Source of the DNA: the human T2T-CHM13v2.0 reference genome, Homo sapiens
Assembly (NCBI RefSeq): GCF_009914755.1
Contig: NC_060929.1
Direction: 5' to 3' (one strand)
Length of the DNA: 64,000 bases
Part shown: piece by piece, positions 26,330-40,062 of the stretch
Position numbering within the stretch: the first letter of the stretch is position 1
Layout: each line of letters starts with the position of its first letter
The notes under the pieces: model-generated
Database searches by the model: none
Told to the model about the DNA's origin: nothing
What the model saw: the letters and a program-made list of their open reading frames with translations, nothing else
Made by a program: the position numbers and the translations under genes

Positions 26330-27830
26330 AAAAGACAAATAATGAATTCATAACAAAATAAACATAGATAAACAAAGTTGTTATAGATTATAAAAGACTT
26401 ACAAGACAACAATCAATTGCAATGTGTGACTTATGGATCATGATTTAAACCAATGGATTGTAAAAAATGAATTTTGAAATAAATTGGCACGTTTATTTTG
26501 GGTTACAGATGGCAGTAAGAAAATGTTGCAAATTTCCTTCTGTGTGATAATGACGGCGAAATTTAAAATAAATAATAAAACTGCAATATTTGAAAATGTA
26601 AAATATAAAATATTTAAACCATACTCAATATTGAAACTATTTTCTCCTAGGCCCCTGGACCTGTGATGGGAGGTTCTGCCATGAAGACCTCTGGCATGCC
26701 CTGGAGACATTTTTCCCATATTCTTGGGAATTAAAATTTGGCTCTTTCTTACTTATGCAAATCTCTGCAGCTGGCTTTAATTTCTCCTCAGAAAATGAGT
26801 TTTTCTTTTTTATCACATTTCCAGGCTGCAAATTTTCTGAACTTGTATGTCCTTCTTCCCTTATAAAACTGAATGCTTTTAACAGCACTCAAGTCACCTC
26901 TTGAACACTTTGCTGCTTAGAAATTTCTTTCACCAAATACCCTAAATCATTTCTCTCAAGTTCAAAGTTCCACAGATCTCTAGGGCAGGGGCAAAATGCC
27001 ATCAGTCTCTTTGCTAAAACATAACAAGAGTCACATTTGCTCCAGTTCCCAACAAGTTTCTCATCTCCATCTGATATCATCTCAGCCTGGATTCATTGTC
27101 CATATCCTTGTAAGCAGTTTGGGGCAAAGCCATTCAACAAGTCTCTAGGGAGTTTCAAACTTTCCCAGATTTCCTTGTCTTCTTCTGAGCCCTCCCAACT
27201 GTTTCACCCTCTATCTGTTACCCAGGTCCAAAATTGCTTCCACATTTTCAAGAATCTTTTAAGCAACACCCCACTCTACTAGTACCAATTTGCTGTATTA
27301 ATCTGTTCTCACACTGCTGATAAAGACATACCTGAGACTGGGCAATTTCCAAAAGAAAGAAAGTTAATTGGACTTACAGTTCCACATGGCTGGGAAGCCT
27401 CACTATCATGGCAGAAGGCAAGGAGGAGCAAGTCACATCTTACATGAATGGCGGCAGGCGAAGAGAGGAAACTTGTGCAGGGGAATTCATCTTTATAAAA
27501 CCATCAGATCTCATGAGACTTATTCAGTGTCATGAGAACAGCATGGGAAAGACTTGCCCCCATGATTCAAGTACCCCCCACTGGGTCCCTCCCACAACAT
27601 GTGAGAATTCAAGATGAGATTTGGATAGGGACACATTAAAACCATATCAGCATGACATCTAGGATTTTCTTCAAACATCTAGTCCAAGATGAAAAAAGTG
27701 GAGAAGAATATGAAACAAATTTGGAGAATATGTTGATTATTCTTGAAGCTGGGAGCTAAATACATTAAACTGTTTACTGTTTTATTTTTGTATACATTTT
27801 TAAATGTTCATAATAATAATATTTTAATAT
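26330..27830 (+). mobile_element. Old L1M (L1MC4-like) 3' end, split by a THE1 fragment (pieces ~26330-26635 and 27650-27830)
   Basis: tagattataaaagactta..tgcaatgtgtga..gtgtgataatg, resuming as atgacatctaggattttcttcaaa..gttgattattcttgaagctggg. Confidence 0.55.
26636..27649 (-). mobile_element. Second THE1: partial internal sequence (26636-27293) plus 5' LTR (27294-27649)
   Basis: THE1-int overlapping the consensus segment also seen at 21715-22124. LTR tgtattaatc...accatatca. Confidence 0.9.
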
Positions 27831-28458
27831 ATGCATGCAGTTGAACCATTGTAATGACTGAATAAACTAAAATCGTTCCTTATCTTATAAAATCTAAATA
27901 TCTTCCTCAGTTACAACTTCATGGTCTTAACCATTCTCTATTTTTTCCTTTTTTTAATGAATGATTTACTTTTTTACTACATTCTTAAGAAAATCAGTGT
28001 CAATAGTATATTAACAAGACGATTTAGTTTATTCTGACAAACATATGCAGAAGTTTACTTTGTGCTATGAACTGCCAGATGCTGGAAATAACTTGTGTAG
28101 AAGATAAACTCTTCTTAGATTTTATTTCTTCTGGTACGTCTACTTGTGAATGTCAGAAATAGCCAACAAAATTGAATTCCTAGTGGTTTTTGCTTTATTC
28201 ACGGCTCTTTTCAATTCACTTCACATTCATTTCAAGACATTTCTTACATCTAATATCTTGCCTTTTTAGGTTTTGTCTGATGATTTTATATTCTACAGCC
28301 TGAAAAACTAGAGCTTTATACTGTTTCTCCAACATTAATCTTGAATTTCTCCAACTGATAAAATGGATTTAACATAAAATCAATTGATCCTCATGCTAGC
28401 TGGTACTTCTCACCAGGTTAACTTAATTCTCATAAACAGAAATCAGAGAGCCCTCAAA

Positions 28459-28508
28459 TATATATACGTATATAGAGAGAGAGAGAGAGGGAGAGAGAGA
28501 GAGAGAGA
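28459..28508 (+). repeat. (TA)n(GA)n microsatellite
   Basis: Seen directly. Confidence 0.9.
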
Positions 28509-29139
28509 TTTAATTCAACATAATATTTGTATCTTTGTCTTTATGCAGAGATATTAAACAAATGCAAATTTCCATAAGCTTAGTTACATTATTTGTCATA
28601 CATAAGTAATAGTATGACCATGTTGTATTTGTTAAATGAGCTCAATAGTCTTTTTATGATATAATGCTGTATAATGTAAGAAATGAGCTACTAATAATTA
28701 CAAAAATACTGTTATCAAACTTGTGGTTTACAGAGTGTAACATTATATGTGAAAAGGCAGAACTCTTGGCAACATAGGTATGTCCTAGTTTATCTATGTC
28801 ACAAATAACAATGAAATTCTTAATTATTTGATTAGTTATAGATATCCATGCACAGTATCCCTTGCCGAACATGTAAGTTAAGTCATAGGTTAAATTTAAT
28901 CCCCTGCAAATGTACTTGCCTCAAGTTAAGAAACACAGTAAACATCACCTGTGTGTACATCAACAAACTCCATTAACCTTTTCATTAGTTAGATTCACCC
29001 CTTGTTGCAAATCTGCTTCCTATAATTCATCCAGTCTGTAATTTATCACAAAACTCAGCCAAGCTCCATAACTGCCTACTTTCCACTGGAGAAAGCTTCA
29101 ATTAAATACTAGTAAAATGCTAGTAGTTCCCATCGATCA

Positions 29140-29455
29140 ATATTTCATTCAGGTTTCTGCTCAAATGACAAACTTAAAGGATTTCAGTGATGACTGTATC
29201 TAAAGTTGTGTATTTTTAGTAGAGATATTGAATTCTTACTTTTCTTCATTTACTTTTTCAACAGATCCCTTGCATGATATTAAATTATACATCTAGCATT
29301 TATTTATTTATTATCTGTATTTTCTACTAGTATAGATGGTCACTGAAGGCAGATATTTCTACTTTTTGTGCTATACTATCCCCTCTGTCACAAAAATGAA
29401 TGTTGCATAATAGGGGCTACATAAACATTTGATGAATAAACAAATTAATGAATGG
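29140..29455 (+). mobile_element. L2 3' fragment
   Basis: tcattcaggtttctgctcaaatg ... ataaacatttgatgaataaac. Confidence 0.55.
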
Positions 29456-32099
29456 CTATAGAGAGAAAGAAAATCTGTCCACTGACCTCAGTTAACTATG
29501 ACATGACATTTCTCTCATATTTTGTTAAGTAATAGTTTAAAATACTGAGATTATTAAATGAGAAACATTCTCAAATAAAGGGAATGGATACATTACGATG
29601 AGAACGAAAGCAAAATCAAATCTTTACCTTAAATAATTTGAAATGTGTGAGGTTATATCATTGGTAGATATTCATACAGACATAGGTAAGCAAAAGTGAA
29701 TAGGTAGCATATTCACAATCAGAAATAGAAACTCTTATATTCATCCACCATTGCACTGCTGTTTTTCCAAATAATAATGCAAAAATTCAAATAACAATAA
29801 TGTTACTGAAGAATATTAGAGTCACATAGAACAGAGGTATTGTATGTCAGAAAGACCCAGGCTTCAGCTCTATCAGTGTATAAGGTGATCAAGTAATATA
29901 ATTTCTCTATCTTTAAATTTATTTCTTAATATATCAGAAATATAGTAGGTTTGTCAAAGGATGAAATGAGATAATTAACAGAAAGTACTTGTGAAAGAGA
30001 CTGGTGGCTACTATCCAAAATGTATGATCTCCTGTTCTTATTGGATACACAGCTAGCCTACATTCCAGCCACAGTCATCCCAAATTATGAACTCCACTTC
30101 AAGACCTTGTTCATAACCTCTCACTTGCACTCATTTCTTCTTCTATCTCGTTGGAGTGAAAAAGACATGAGCACCAGACTAATTTTCCGGCCACTTCTGT
30201 CAGTATGAATCCCTGAATAACCACGTGGAGAAGGGCAGTCCTGCCAATCTACTCCACTCAACCAGTCATAATTTGAGCCATAAATAAACTTAAAATAATT
30301 TTAGTTTTGCTTTATGTTACAAAAAATGGCTTTTTGGGGGCAGAGAGTAAATTCTCTTAACATAAAACTTATAAAACTATGACATATTTAATATAATAAA
30401 TACCTCAACATACTATGCAGTTTTTATTAAATTGTCTGAATAACTAGTTAGCAATTACTTACTTCATGGGTAGAGTTTATGCCATAAAAAGATTTGCAAA
30501 TAGCAGTATTGAATTGATTTTTAGAAACCTCAAAAAATTCTATATTGTTAAATGTACCATTATGTACTACATAGAGTTTATATTGAAAGTGAAAACTCAT
30601 TGATAAGTGAATTTTTGGTGATTAACCAAAATTAGGTGATGAGGTTACTTGTTAAGTGATGATTTCAGGAGGAAATGGGGATCAGGCAGCATGGTAGCAT
30701 TGACTTATTAACTAAATTTAGGTTTTCTGGAAATAACCTCAGTCCTTCATGCCTAAAGAAACTGAAACACTGTAAGCAATTTATTTTAGGCTAAAATGCG
30801 GTATTCATTCCAGTAAAGTCGCCCTCAATCTTTTGCAAGACTGTCAGATGGTGTTGTGCCCTTCAAATAACTTCAGAGGCTCAAAGTCATGGGCTGTTAA
30901 CAAATTTGTCAATAAGCATTAGCTATCGTAAATACATTTAGAGCAAAATGAAATTGTGGATATTCAATTATATAGCAATCAACTTTGTTGATTTGTTTTA
31001 ATTCTTGAAAGACAGCCCCAGCTTTAACAGATTAACAACATACCATCTGTATCTAAGCTTGACACTAATTGCCGGTAAACCAAACATTAAAGCTTATTTT
31101 CCAAACCTGCATATTATGCAGCTTGTAATCAAATTTAAGGTGGTCATTTTCTTGAAACTTTCCACCCTATAAGTGAGATAAACCTTATCATTTTCTCCTT
31201 AGATTTTATCCCTTTGGGATTTTGAACTGCAATTGATAATAAACTTATTATTTTGTATTTTTAAGCTATCTAAACTTTTTTGATTATGTATACGTATATA
31301 CTAGAAATATTTCATCAAAAAGAATTAATATATCAAACAAATTAATAGATGTTTTTCCCACTATCAGTATTTCTTTAATGACTCATTATTTCCATAAACA
31401 ACCTTGGATTTCCTCATAAAAACTAAGATGGCACAATGAATTATTTCCCTATTATATCGCTGTTGAGAGGAGGCTATATTCCACCAGAAACTGAAAAAAA
31501 AACATTCGTACAATGTACAGCCATTGAGGAAGATTAGGCATATCGTTTTTAAAATAAACTTTAAATAATAGATTAAAGGAGCTTAGGATGATAGAACAAG
31601 TTTTACCATCCTCTGGGATGGTAGATGTCACCTTCAGCCAGGGGTGCTCTAATCTATAATAGCATCAGTGATCATCTACTGAGTGCTGAATTAGGGAAAA
31701 GCAAGATTCAAACCTTAAAAGAAGAAAGAAATATTGCTGAGAAAAGAAGATGTGGGAATGCTGAAGTTCTAGGCCACTGGAATAGAACTGTTCCAAGCTG
31801 AAGTTCCAGGCCATTGGAACAGAAATAGAAATTACCGGGAAAGAAACGGAGTTCACAAGAAGGGATGCAAAGCTATTGTGATATTACTTTGTAGATTCTC
31901 TACTTTCCATTGCTGGGGATGACCAACGTGTCTTCAATCTTGATTTGGAAGAATTCCTGGCCAGAAACTAGTTTACAGCATTTCCTCTAAACTTTTGATA
32001 AGAAAGATTGATTATAATTAAAGATTTATATCAGTTACTCAGTTTCCATTTTTAACAAGTAAACGGAGAATGATAGTTACAATTCACTTGTTGTGAATT

Positions 32100-32232
32100 A
32101 TTATTATTTTGCTGGGGGAATGGGGTCTCCCTTTGTTGCCCAAGCTGGTTTTGAACTCCTGAACTCTAGTGATTCTCCTGCCTAGGCCTTCCAAAGACCT
32201 GGAATTAAAAGCATGAGCCACCACACACAGCT
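32100..32232 (-). mobile_element. Alu monomer (FLAM-like)
   Basis: ggggtctccctttgttgcccaagctgg...gcatgagccacc. Confidence 0.8.
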
Positions 32233-32304
32233 GTGAACTAATTTTATCTGTTTACATCTGTAAGAGTTCCTTGCAAAAAAATAAAACAGTACCTAGCAGA
32301 AAAT

Positions 32305-32316
32305 TAAAAAAGAAAG

Positions 32317-32363
<47 letters not shown>

Positions 32364-32365
32364 AC
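32305..32365 (+). repeat. (GAAA)n tetranucleotide repeat
   Basis: Seen directly. Confidence 0.95.
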
Positions 32366-32986
32366 AGAAATGTACTCAGCAAAATGTGAATGTGAGGCTC
32401 AGCAAATGATGGATCATTTGTAGAATACAGAGGTTTCCAGTGGAGGAAAAGTGGAACAGGTAAGGCAGAAATGTCAGTAGAAACTCTACAGTAATTCACC
32501 AGACATATGCTGAGAAGAAGCACTTCATGGGATCGCAAGGAAAGGTGAGGAGCTAGAAACTAAATATTATATGAAAATCATGAGACTTAATTTCAGGTAA
32601 AGTAAAAGGACAATATTAATCTTGAAGGTATTCTTTTTTCAATATCAAATGTACAAGTCCTGGTTGTTGCAAATTTTTTTCCTGTGCATGTGGAGTCGAA
32701 AAATTCAAATTTTGTAATTATTACACTAACATCTTTATTACGTTTCTCAACCTGTCTTGTTTATTTTTCATGTCATAAAGCAAGTTATGAATATTCATTA
32801 TAATGTTTTATTATTTAGACATTTGTTACTGAGAATACTAAAAAACATTGAAATCTATTCTAAGACTTGGATTACATTTTTTTCTGTAATCTATTAATTA
32901 GATTCCAGTTGGTGATGGCTTTCCCAGATTAAAAATGGTTTTACTGAATTACTTATGCCAGAGAAATACCATAAAAATGTAATTGT

Positions 32987-33344
<358 letters not shown>

Positions 33345-34184
33345 TTATAAATTTTGGGTTAAACAGCCTCATTGTCTAAAGACAATAAAAACATAGTAAT
33401 TAAGCAGGTGAGTGAAGATTATGCGTTTGTCTAGATATTTTATATAAAACGGACAAAGAAAGATTCAGTTTTATATAAAAAGAACAAATCACCTTCAACA
33501 CACATTCCCCAGACTACACAGAATTTCTCAGACAAGAGCAAAATTTATGAACACAAGAAATTAAATTATTCTTTCGTATAATATTGTTGGCAATTGCAGC
33601 CTGATTAACTAAACTCAATTATTCCTTCACAATGTATTTTATTCTCTAGCTCCCCAAATAAAATTGTAACGACATGCATGTTTCTAAGCAAAGCTCAGAA
33701 AGTAGTGCATATTTTTGACTCTCATTTGAATCTATTATATTTTTCACAGAACGTGCCCCTTTCACCTAAAACGTGTCCTGATTTTCCAAAAGTATATTTG
33801 AGAAAATTATGGATTTTCCTTGAAACAAGTGAAATCGTATGCTTCAAAAATCAGATCATCAGTTGATTCCTATAACCAGGACTTACCTTATTTATCTCAT
33901 TCAATCATTTTTTTGATTTATTAGTTCGATAAATTGGCACACTATGAGAAACAATAGTGATTGTCAAACATCCAATATTATGTAGTAAGTAGCATTTATT
34001 GAATTCTTACTATGCCCTAGTTGCAATGCTAATTTTGTGATATTTCCTAATCAATGTAATACTCAAAACAAACTATCAGATATTATTATTGTACTGGTGA
34101 GAAAACAGAGGTGCAGAAATCAATAAATCATGTCTTTAAATTGAATTCACGTGTCTACAAGAAAGATAAGAGCAGTCCCTGTTA

Positions 34185-34715
34185 GCTTGGAGCAGGAGCC
34201 CAGTTAGGTCTTGTCGTTATGCTGAATGCAAACAATTTGAGAAAGAATCAACATCAGACAAGGCCATTGTGGGACTGTAGTAAATAAGACAAAAACAAGG
34301 CCACTTCATATTCATGTCTAAACACAGACAAAACTTGACAATTGTCTAAGCCACAAAATAGCAAACATTTCTCTACATCGGCTAATATAAGTGTCTGCTG
34401 TTTCCTTCCCAAATAAACCTGGAGCTTCAACCTTGTCATCTCTCCTTCTTGGTAAGATTTATTTAAAAATGCAATCATATAACTACTCTCACACTCAGTT
34501 TCTCCCACTCTAAGTCCAAAGCAAAGCCCCACTTTGTTAAACAACCCCAAAATCACGTAAAGCAAATGCTCTTAGTTTGCTAACACCCTCTTACAGAGCT
34601 GTTTCAGGGTTCCACATGCTGGACATTCTTTCTTACTGCACTGATTAATAAAACAACTATTTCAACTGTAAGTGTGTTCCTGGTTGTCCCTGGCTGGAAG
34701 GCACTAAGAATATGA
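34185..34715 (+). mobile_element. ERV1 LTR (MER90-like)
   Basis: agacaaggcca..agacaaaaacaagg..catgtctaaacacagacaaaac..gcaaagcccc..aataaaac. Subfamily recalled with uncertainty. Confidence 0.55.
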
Positions 34716-35489
34716 TACCAGGAGCCAGGAATCACTTTTCTAATCCGTTCGAGATATTGAAAAAGAGAAAAGAGAGAGAGAAATAAAATAAAATAAAATA
34801 TGATAGCAAAGCATAAATTATACAAGAAAAAAAGGTGTCTTGAGACTGTTGGAAAGCTGGAGGAATTGTAGGCTATTTGAAAGTGTATATTTGGATTTCT
34901 AAAATAGACTTATTATTCATGTAATTGTTTGTCTGCATTCAATTTAAACCTGTACATACATTAAAAGGTTTCAAATTTCAAAATATATGTAATTTTAAAC
35001 AGAAAAAAAGAATCAGAAAACTAGTTAGCATGCAAAAATACAGTGGATCCATTATCTTAAGTTTCCATAACTGTGTCATTATATCAGCCTTTTAAACAAA
35101 AAATACCTTCTCCATATTTTGTTAGATATGGATATGCATGGATGAAAAAATACTCATGTTTGGTATTCTAAGGAATTATAGCTGACCCTGTTTAGTTCTC
35201 TGGAATAATTAGAGTTATATCTAGTCTACCATCAAAACTAGTGTCTAGGAAATAAAGAGGCAAATATAATTCACAAGAGTTAAAAATAAAGATCCTACCG
35301 GGAAATACTGCAATTTATATTTTCTGGTCATTCATGAGCTTAATGATGTATTATATTTGAGTCTAGTAGAACTGAGTATTAACAGAGTTGAAGTACATGG
35401 AAAGAAAAAGAATAGAGATGATATATTAAGCATTATTTAACCCAATGTGAATTATGAGTCTTCAATTTGATAGCATAAGAGGAGGAAGA

Positions 35490-35817
35490 ATTACATTAAA
35501 TCATACACCTACTATAATAAATAGGAAATGACAAATGTTAGAGAGGATGCAGAGGGATGGGAAACTCTACTGTTGGTAGGAAATTAAAAGGGTGCAGCCA
35601 CTGTGAAAAAATGGAATGGAAATATCTAAAAAAATGAACAACAGAATTACTCTATGAACCACAAATTTCACTTCTGGGGATATATTTTAAAAAAATGAAA
35701 TGCAGAGTCTCAAAGAGATAATTGTGCACCCATGTTCATAATAGCATTGTTTACGATAGCCAAAAGATGGAAGGACCCCCAGGTGTCACACAGTCAATGA
35801 ATGGATAAACAATTATG

Positions 35818-35848
<31 letters not shown>

Positions 35849-36250
35849 CACACACACACGGTGGAATATTCATCAGCCTTAAAAAGGAAAAGAATTTTGA
35901 CACAAGTTGGAATATGAGGGAAACTTAAAGACATTGTACTAAATGAAATAAATCAGTCACAAAAAGACAAACACTGAATGATTACACATGTATGAGGTAG
36001 CTAGAGTCATCAGAATCATACAGACAGAAAGTAGAAAGTTGGCTGTCAGTGACCGTATGCAGTAGAGAATTGTATGGGGTTGCTGTTTAATAGGTATAGT
36101 GTTTCATTTTGCAAGAAGAGCCCTAGAGATTAATGACGGTGATGCTCACACAACAATGTGAATGTACTTAATACTACCAAACTGTACACTTAAAAATGAT
36201 GAAATGGTAAGTTTTATTTTAGGTGTATTTTACCACAATTAATTTTTTTT
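35490..36250 (+). mobile_element. L1MB-type 3' end with an internal (GT)n/(CA)n tract
   Basis: ggtgcagccactgtgaaaaa..gcacccatgttcata..cagtcacaaaaagacaaa..ctgtacacttaaaaatg..ttttaccacaatt. Confidence 0.85.
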
Positions 36251-38242
36251 AATTTTAATGATCATTTAGAAAATACCTAGTGCTTAATGAGCCAAGCTAT
36301 ATGAAACTATTAAACATAAAAGCAAAAAGTCCTTTAAACCTTTCTTTTCTGAAAGTCATCTTATTATTTTGCAGAATGATCCAGTAATATGTGTATATAA
36401 ATGTTTTTGCTGTACAGATTACATACACATCTAGTATCAGAGTGCAGACAGTAACATCTCAGTTATATAGAAAACTTGGCTCTCCAATAAAATTTGGGTC
36501 ACAGAATTTCAGAGTGGCAGAGGCTTGACTCAATTATTTAAATTTCAGTGGCATCTAGGAGCTGCAGATTTCAAGGACATGTATGTTCAGAAAAACATCA
36601 CTTTTAATAAAACATGAACTCATCATTTCAGGATCAGCTACTCTGACATTTGTCTTGGTAATAAAAACAACTAACTTCTGTAGTGACATTTTCTTAAAGT
36701 TGCTATCAACTATGATGGTCCGCTTTCACTATGACACATCCCAATCATATTGGGCATTCCCGTGTTGACCTTGGCATAGTTGGTCCTGAGAACTACTTAG
36801 CACTCTCAGGTTACGAGCTAGTCAGTGAGATCACACAGGGTTATGAGAGCCAAACATGATTTATGGCAAGATTCACATACTGTGATGCCTTAACAGGCAG
36901 GATAGGTAACTTAAACAAGGGAAGGTGGCTGGCAATGGGGTCATGCAATGTCTTATTTTAACAAGCTGTTATAACGCCACACAGGAACAGTCTTCAATTA
37001 AACTAAGAAATATACTTTTTTGTTGTTTTTCTCTCAAAATGCATGGCTCTTTGGGTTCCCTATTACTATTGTAACAGTGACTAACAATAAAGAAGAAATA
37101 TTTTTCTTTCCTTTTAATGTTACACAACCGCAGCTGTTTTGCAATGATTAATTTAAAATCAGACTTTAAGAAGTAGAACATCTGGCTTCTTATGTAAGAT
37201 CTTCAGGTTGTTAAATGTTGCTAATAATTATTTTTTTAACCCTGAGTAATTCTGTAAGCCAAATGACAACTTTGTGACCCTTAATCTATGCCCTTTTTAC
37301 TAAATTGTTGATTTTCAAAATAAAACACATTAAACAACAACAACAAAACACTGTTGAGTCCCATCAGTTCTACAAAACAGTTCTATAATCTATCCATTAT
37401 TTTGTACACTATTTATTTGTGACAAATGTCTGTAAGTTTTGCTGACCCATTTGTTCATGAAAGTCAAAACCTGGAATTAAAAAAAATCTTAAGTTTTCTT
37501 AAAAATATGTAACATTTTCTTTACATTTTTGAAAATAATTCTTTAAAAGTTTAAGTATATAAACAATAGAAAAATAATGTAATGACTATTATGACTAATA
37601 GTAAGAGATACTAACTCTGTAGTATCTCTTCCATTTTAAATAACTCTGAAGTAAGGAGAAACTGGGAGAGGCTGACTTGAAAATAAGTGTCTAAAGACTG
37701 TCCCCTGACAGTGTAACTTTTAGATAAGCCCATCATGGAGCTGATAATAGCTAAGCAGCCACCTCAAGAGCAGAGGGCTCCCAGGCCAGCAGGACGTGAC
37801 GTTAACCTGGTTGCAACTATTAACACCTCTAAAAAAAAAGAATGTGTTACTCAGAAGGGGGATTATTCAAATACAAAAGTGCAAAATAGAGAGGACTGCA
37901 GCATTAAATATTATATAAGTGCCTTTAACCTCTTTCCAAGAGAGCAGGTGCTCAGATACTGACCATGGACTTATTTTTTTTATTTAGTCGGAATGTTAAA
38001 GCTATACCTAATGTAAAGATAAATGCTTTATGTGACAGAATTGGTTGCCTGCTTACCCAATGTGCCCTGGTTGATGTCTGTGATGTGAATTGGTGGGACC
38101 CCATCCCCTGCCATTTTATTGGGGCGTGCTGCTAATGCATGAGCTGCTATAACATGAATTTTGTTTTTATTTGGTTTGACCAAGGCCCAGTCGTTCCCCT
38201 GTTCATTTGCCTCCACCGGATACCCAGCAGTGATAATCCACT

Positions 38243-38607
38243 TGTGTTAGTAAATTTTCCCACTGCTGTAAAGACACTGAGACTGGGTCATTTGAAAACA
38301 AAGGAGGTTTAATTGATTCACAGTTCCACATGTCTTGGGAGGCCTCAGGAAACTTACAATCATGGCGGAAGGGGAAGCAGGCACCTCCTTCACAAGGCAG
38401 GAGGAGAGAAGGAGAACAGGAGAAACTGCCACTTATAAAACCATCAGATCTTGTGGGAACTCACTCACTATCATGAGAATAGCATGGGAGAAACCGCCTC
38501 CATGATCGAATCACCTCCCAGCAGGTTTCTCCCCTGACACTTGGGGATTACAATTTTGATTACGATTTGAGATAAGATTTGGGTGGGGACACAGACGCAC
38601 CATATCA
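38243..38607 (-). mobile_element. MSTA/THE1D-type solo LTR
   Basis: tgtgttag...accatatca. Flanks CCACT/CCACC form a 5-bp TSD with one mismatch. Confidence 0.88.
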
Positions 38608-39284
38608 CCACCTATCTCCAAACTGGGTCAGTTATCCTATAGATTTCAGCTATAGAACTGTAGGCACTCCCCTCTGTTTGTCCCACCTTGTAAACCTTCT
38701 TGTGGGCTTGCCTTCCACCACCAGCTATCGCCACATTTCCCCAAAATGCAGGACAAGTTCTAGATTCTTTATATCGCCCATGTGCTGAGAATGGCTGGGA
38801 AGTGCTAACTTCCTCCCTTTCTGCCTTCCCAAATTGTTGCTGAACACCCTGTGAGATCATCATCTCCTTCTGCCCCAAATAGAAACGGAAACAAATGGCC
38901 CTTTTCCATCTGCGTTCATCTATTATTTTTTCACACTCTAACAACACTTGGTTTTCTGGCCTTCCCTACATTTGCATATCATTTTCTTCCAAAACTTCCT
39001 CAGCCTTGGAGAAGTTGGTATTCCACTATATTTAGAACATAAAAAAATAAAAACACATAAACTAATGAAAAACACTGTGATCTAAGCCACCAAGCTTGAC
39101 TTTTGATATACAAACTAGGAGCTAATGGGGTCTAAAAAATTATTACATCTCTGAAAAAATCCTCAATTCTAAATCCTAGAAACTACAAGACATGGAATTC
39201 TACCTTTTTATTTCTCAGAAAACAGTCCTCACCTACTATCTTCCAATCACTAAGGAGATAATTATGTACATAAAAGTGAAGAGG

Positions 39285-40062
39285 GGGGACTGCTGGATCA
39301 TATGGTCATTCTATTTGCAATTTTTTGAGAAATTCATATTTTTTTCATAGTGGTTTCACCCATTCGCATTCCTACCAACAGTGTCCCAGGGTTCTCTTTT
39401 TCCACATCTTCCTAATATTTATTATCTTTGTTTTTTTATTAATAGCCATTCTAGCTGGAGTGAGTTGACAGCAGATTAAATGTTTATCAAATGAATGGAT
39501 TAAAAAACATGGTATATGCATACAATAAAATATTCTTCAGCGTTAAAAAATAAGTAAATCCTGCCATTTGAGATAACACGGATGAACTTGGAGGACATTA
39601 TGCTGGTGAAATAAGCCAGACACAGACAGACAAAATCTACACAATACCAATTATATGATAAGTCTGAGTCAAAATCATAGAAGCAGAGAGTAAAAGGCAG
39701 TAGCCAGGGACTCAGGGAGAAGGAAATGGGGAGGTGCCAGTCAAAGGGTACAAAGTTATAAACAAGATGAATAAGTCCTAGAGTTCTACTGTTTAGCATA
39801 TTGCTTGTAGTTAACAATACTTTTTATATACTTAAAAATTTGCTAAAAGTGTAGATCCTATGTTGTGTTCTTATTACAAAAATAATAAATAAACAAGAAG
39901 GAAATAAGAAACTTTTAGAGGAGATGAGTAAGTGCATGGCATAGATTGTGGAGATGGTTTCACAATTGTGTACATAGCTCCAAATTCATCACGTTGTATA
40001 CATTTAACTATGTGCAGTTTTTTGTATGCCAATCAAGCCTCGATAAAGCAGTTCTTTTTTTT
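39285..40062. mobile_element. L1MA-type element with inverted 5' segment (39285-39470 minus, 39471-40062 plus)
   Basis: Minus-strand L1 ORF2-end sequence joined to plus-strand L1MA 3'UTR. Flanks AAAGTGAAGA and AAAGTGCAGA resemble a TSD. Confidence 0.75.
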
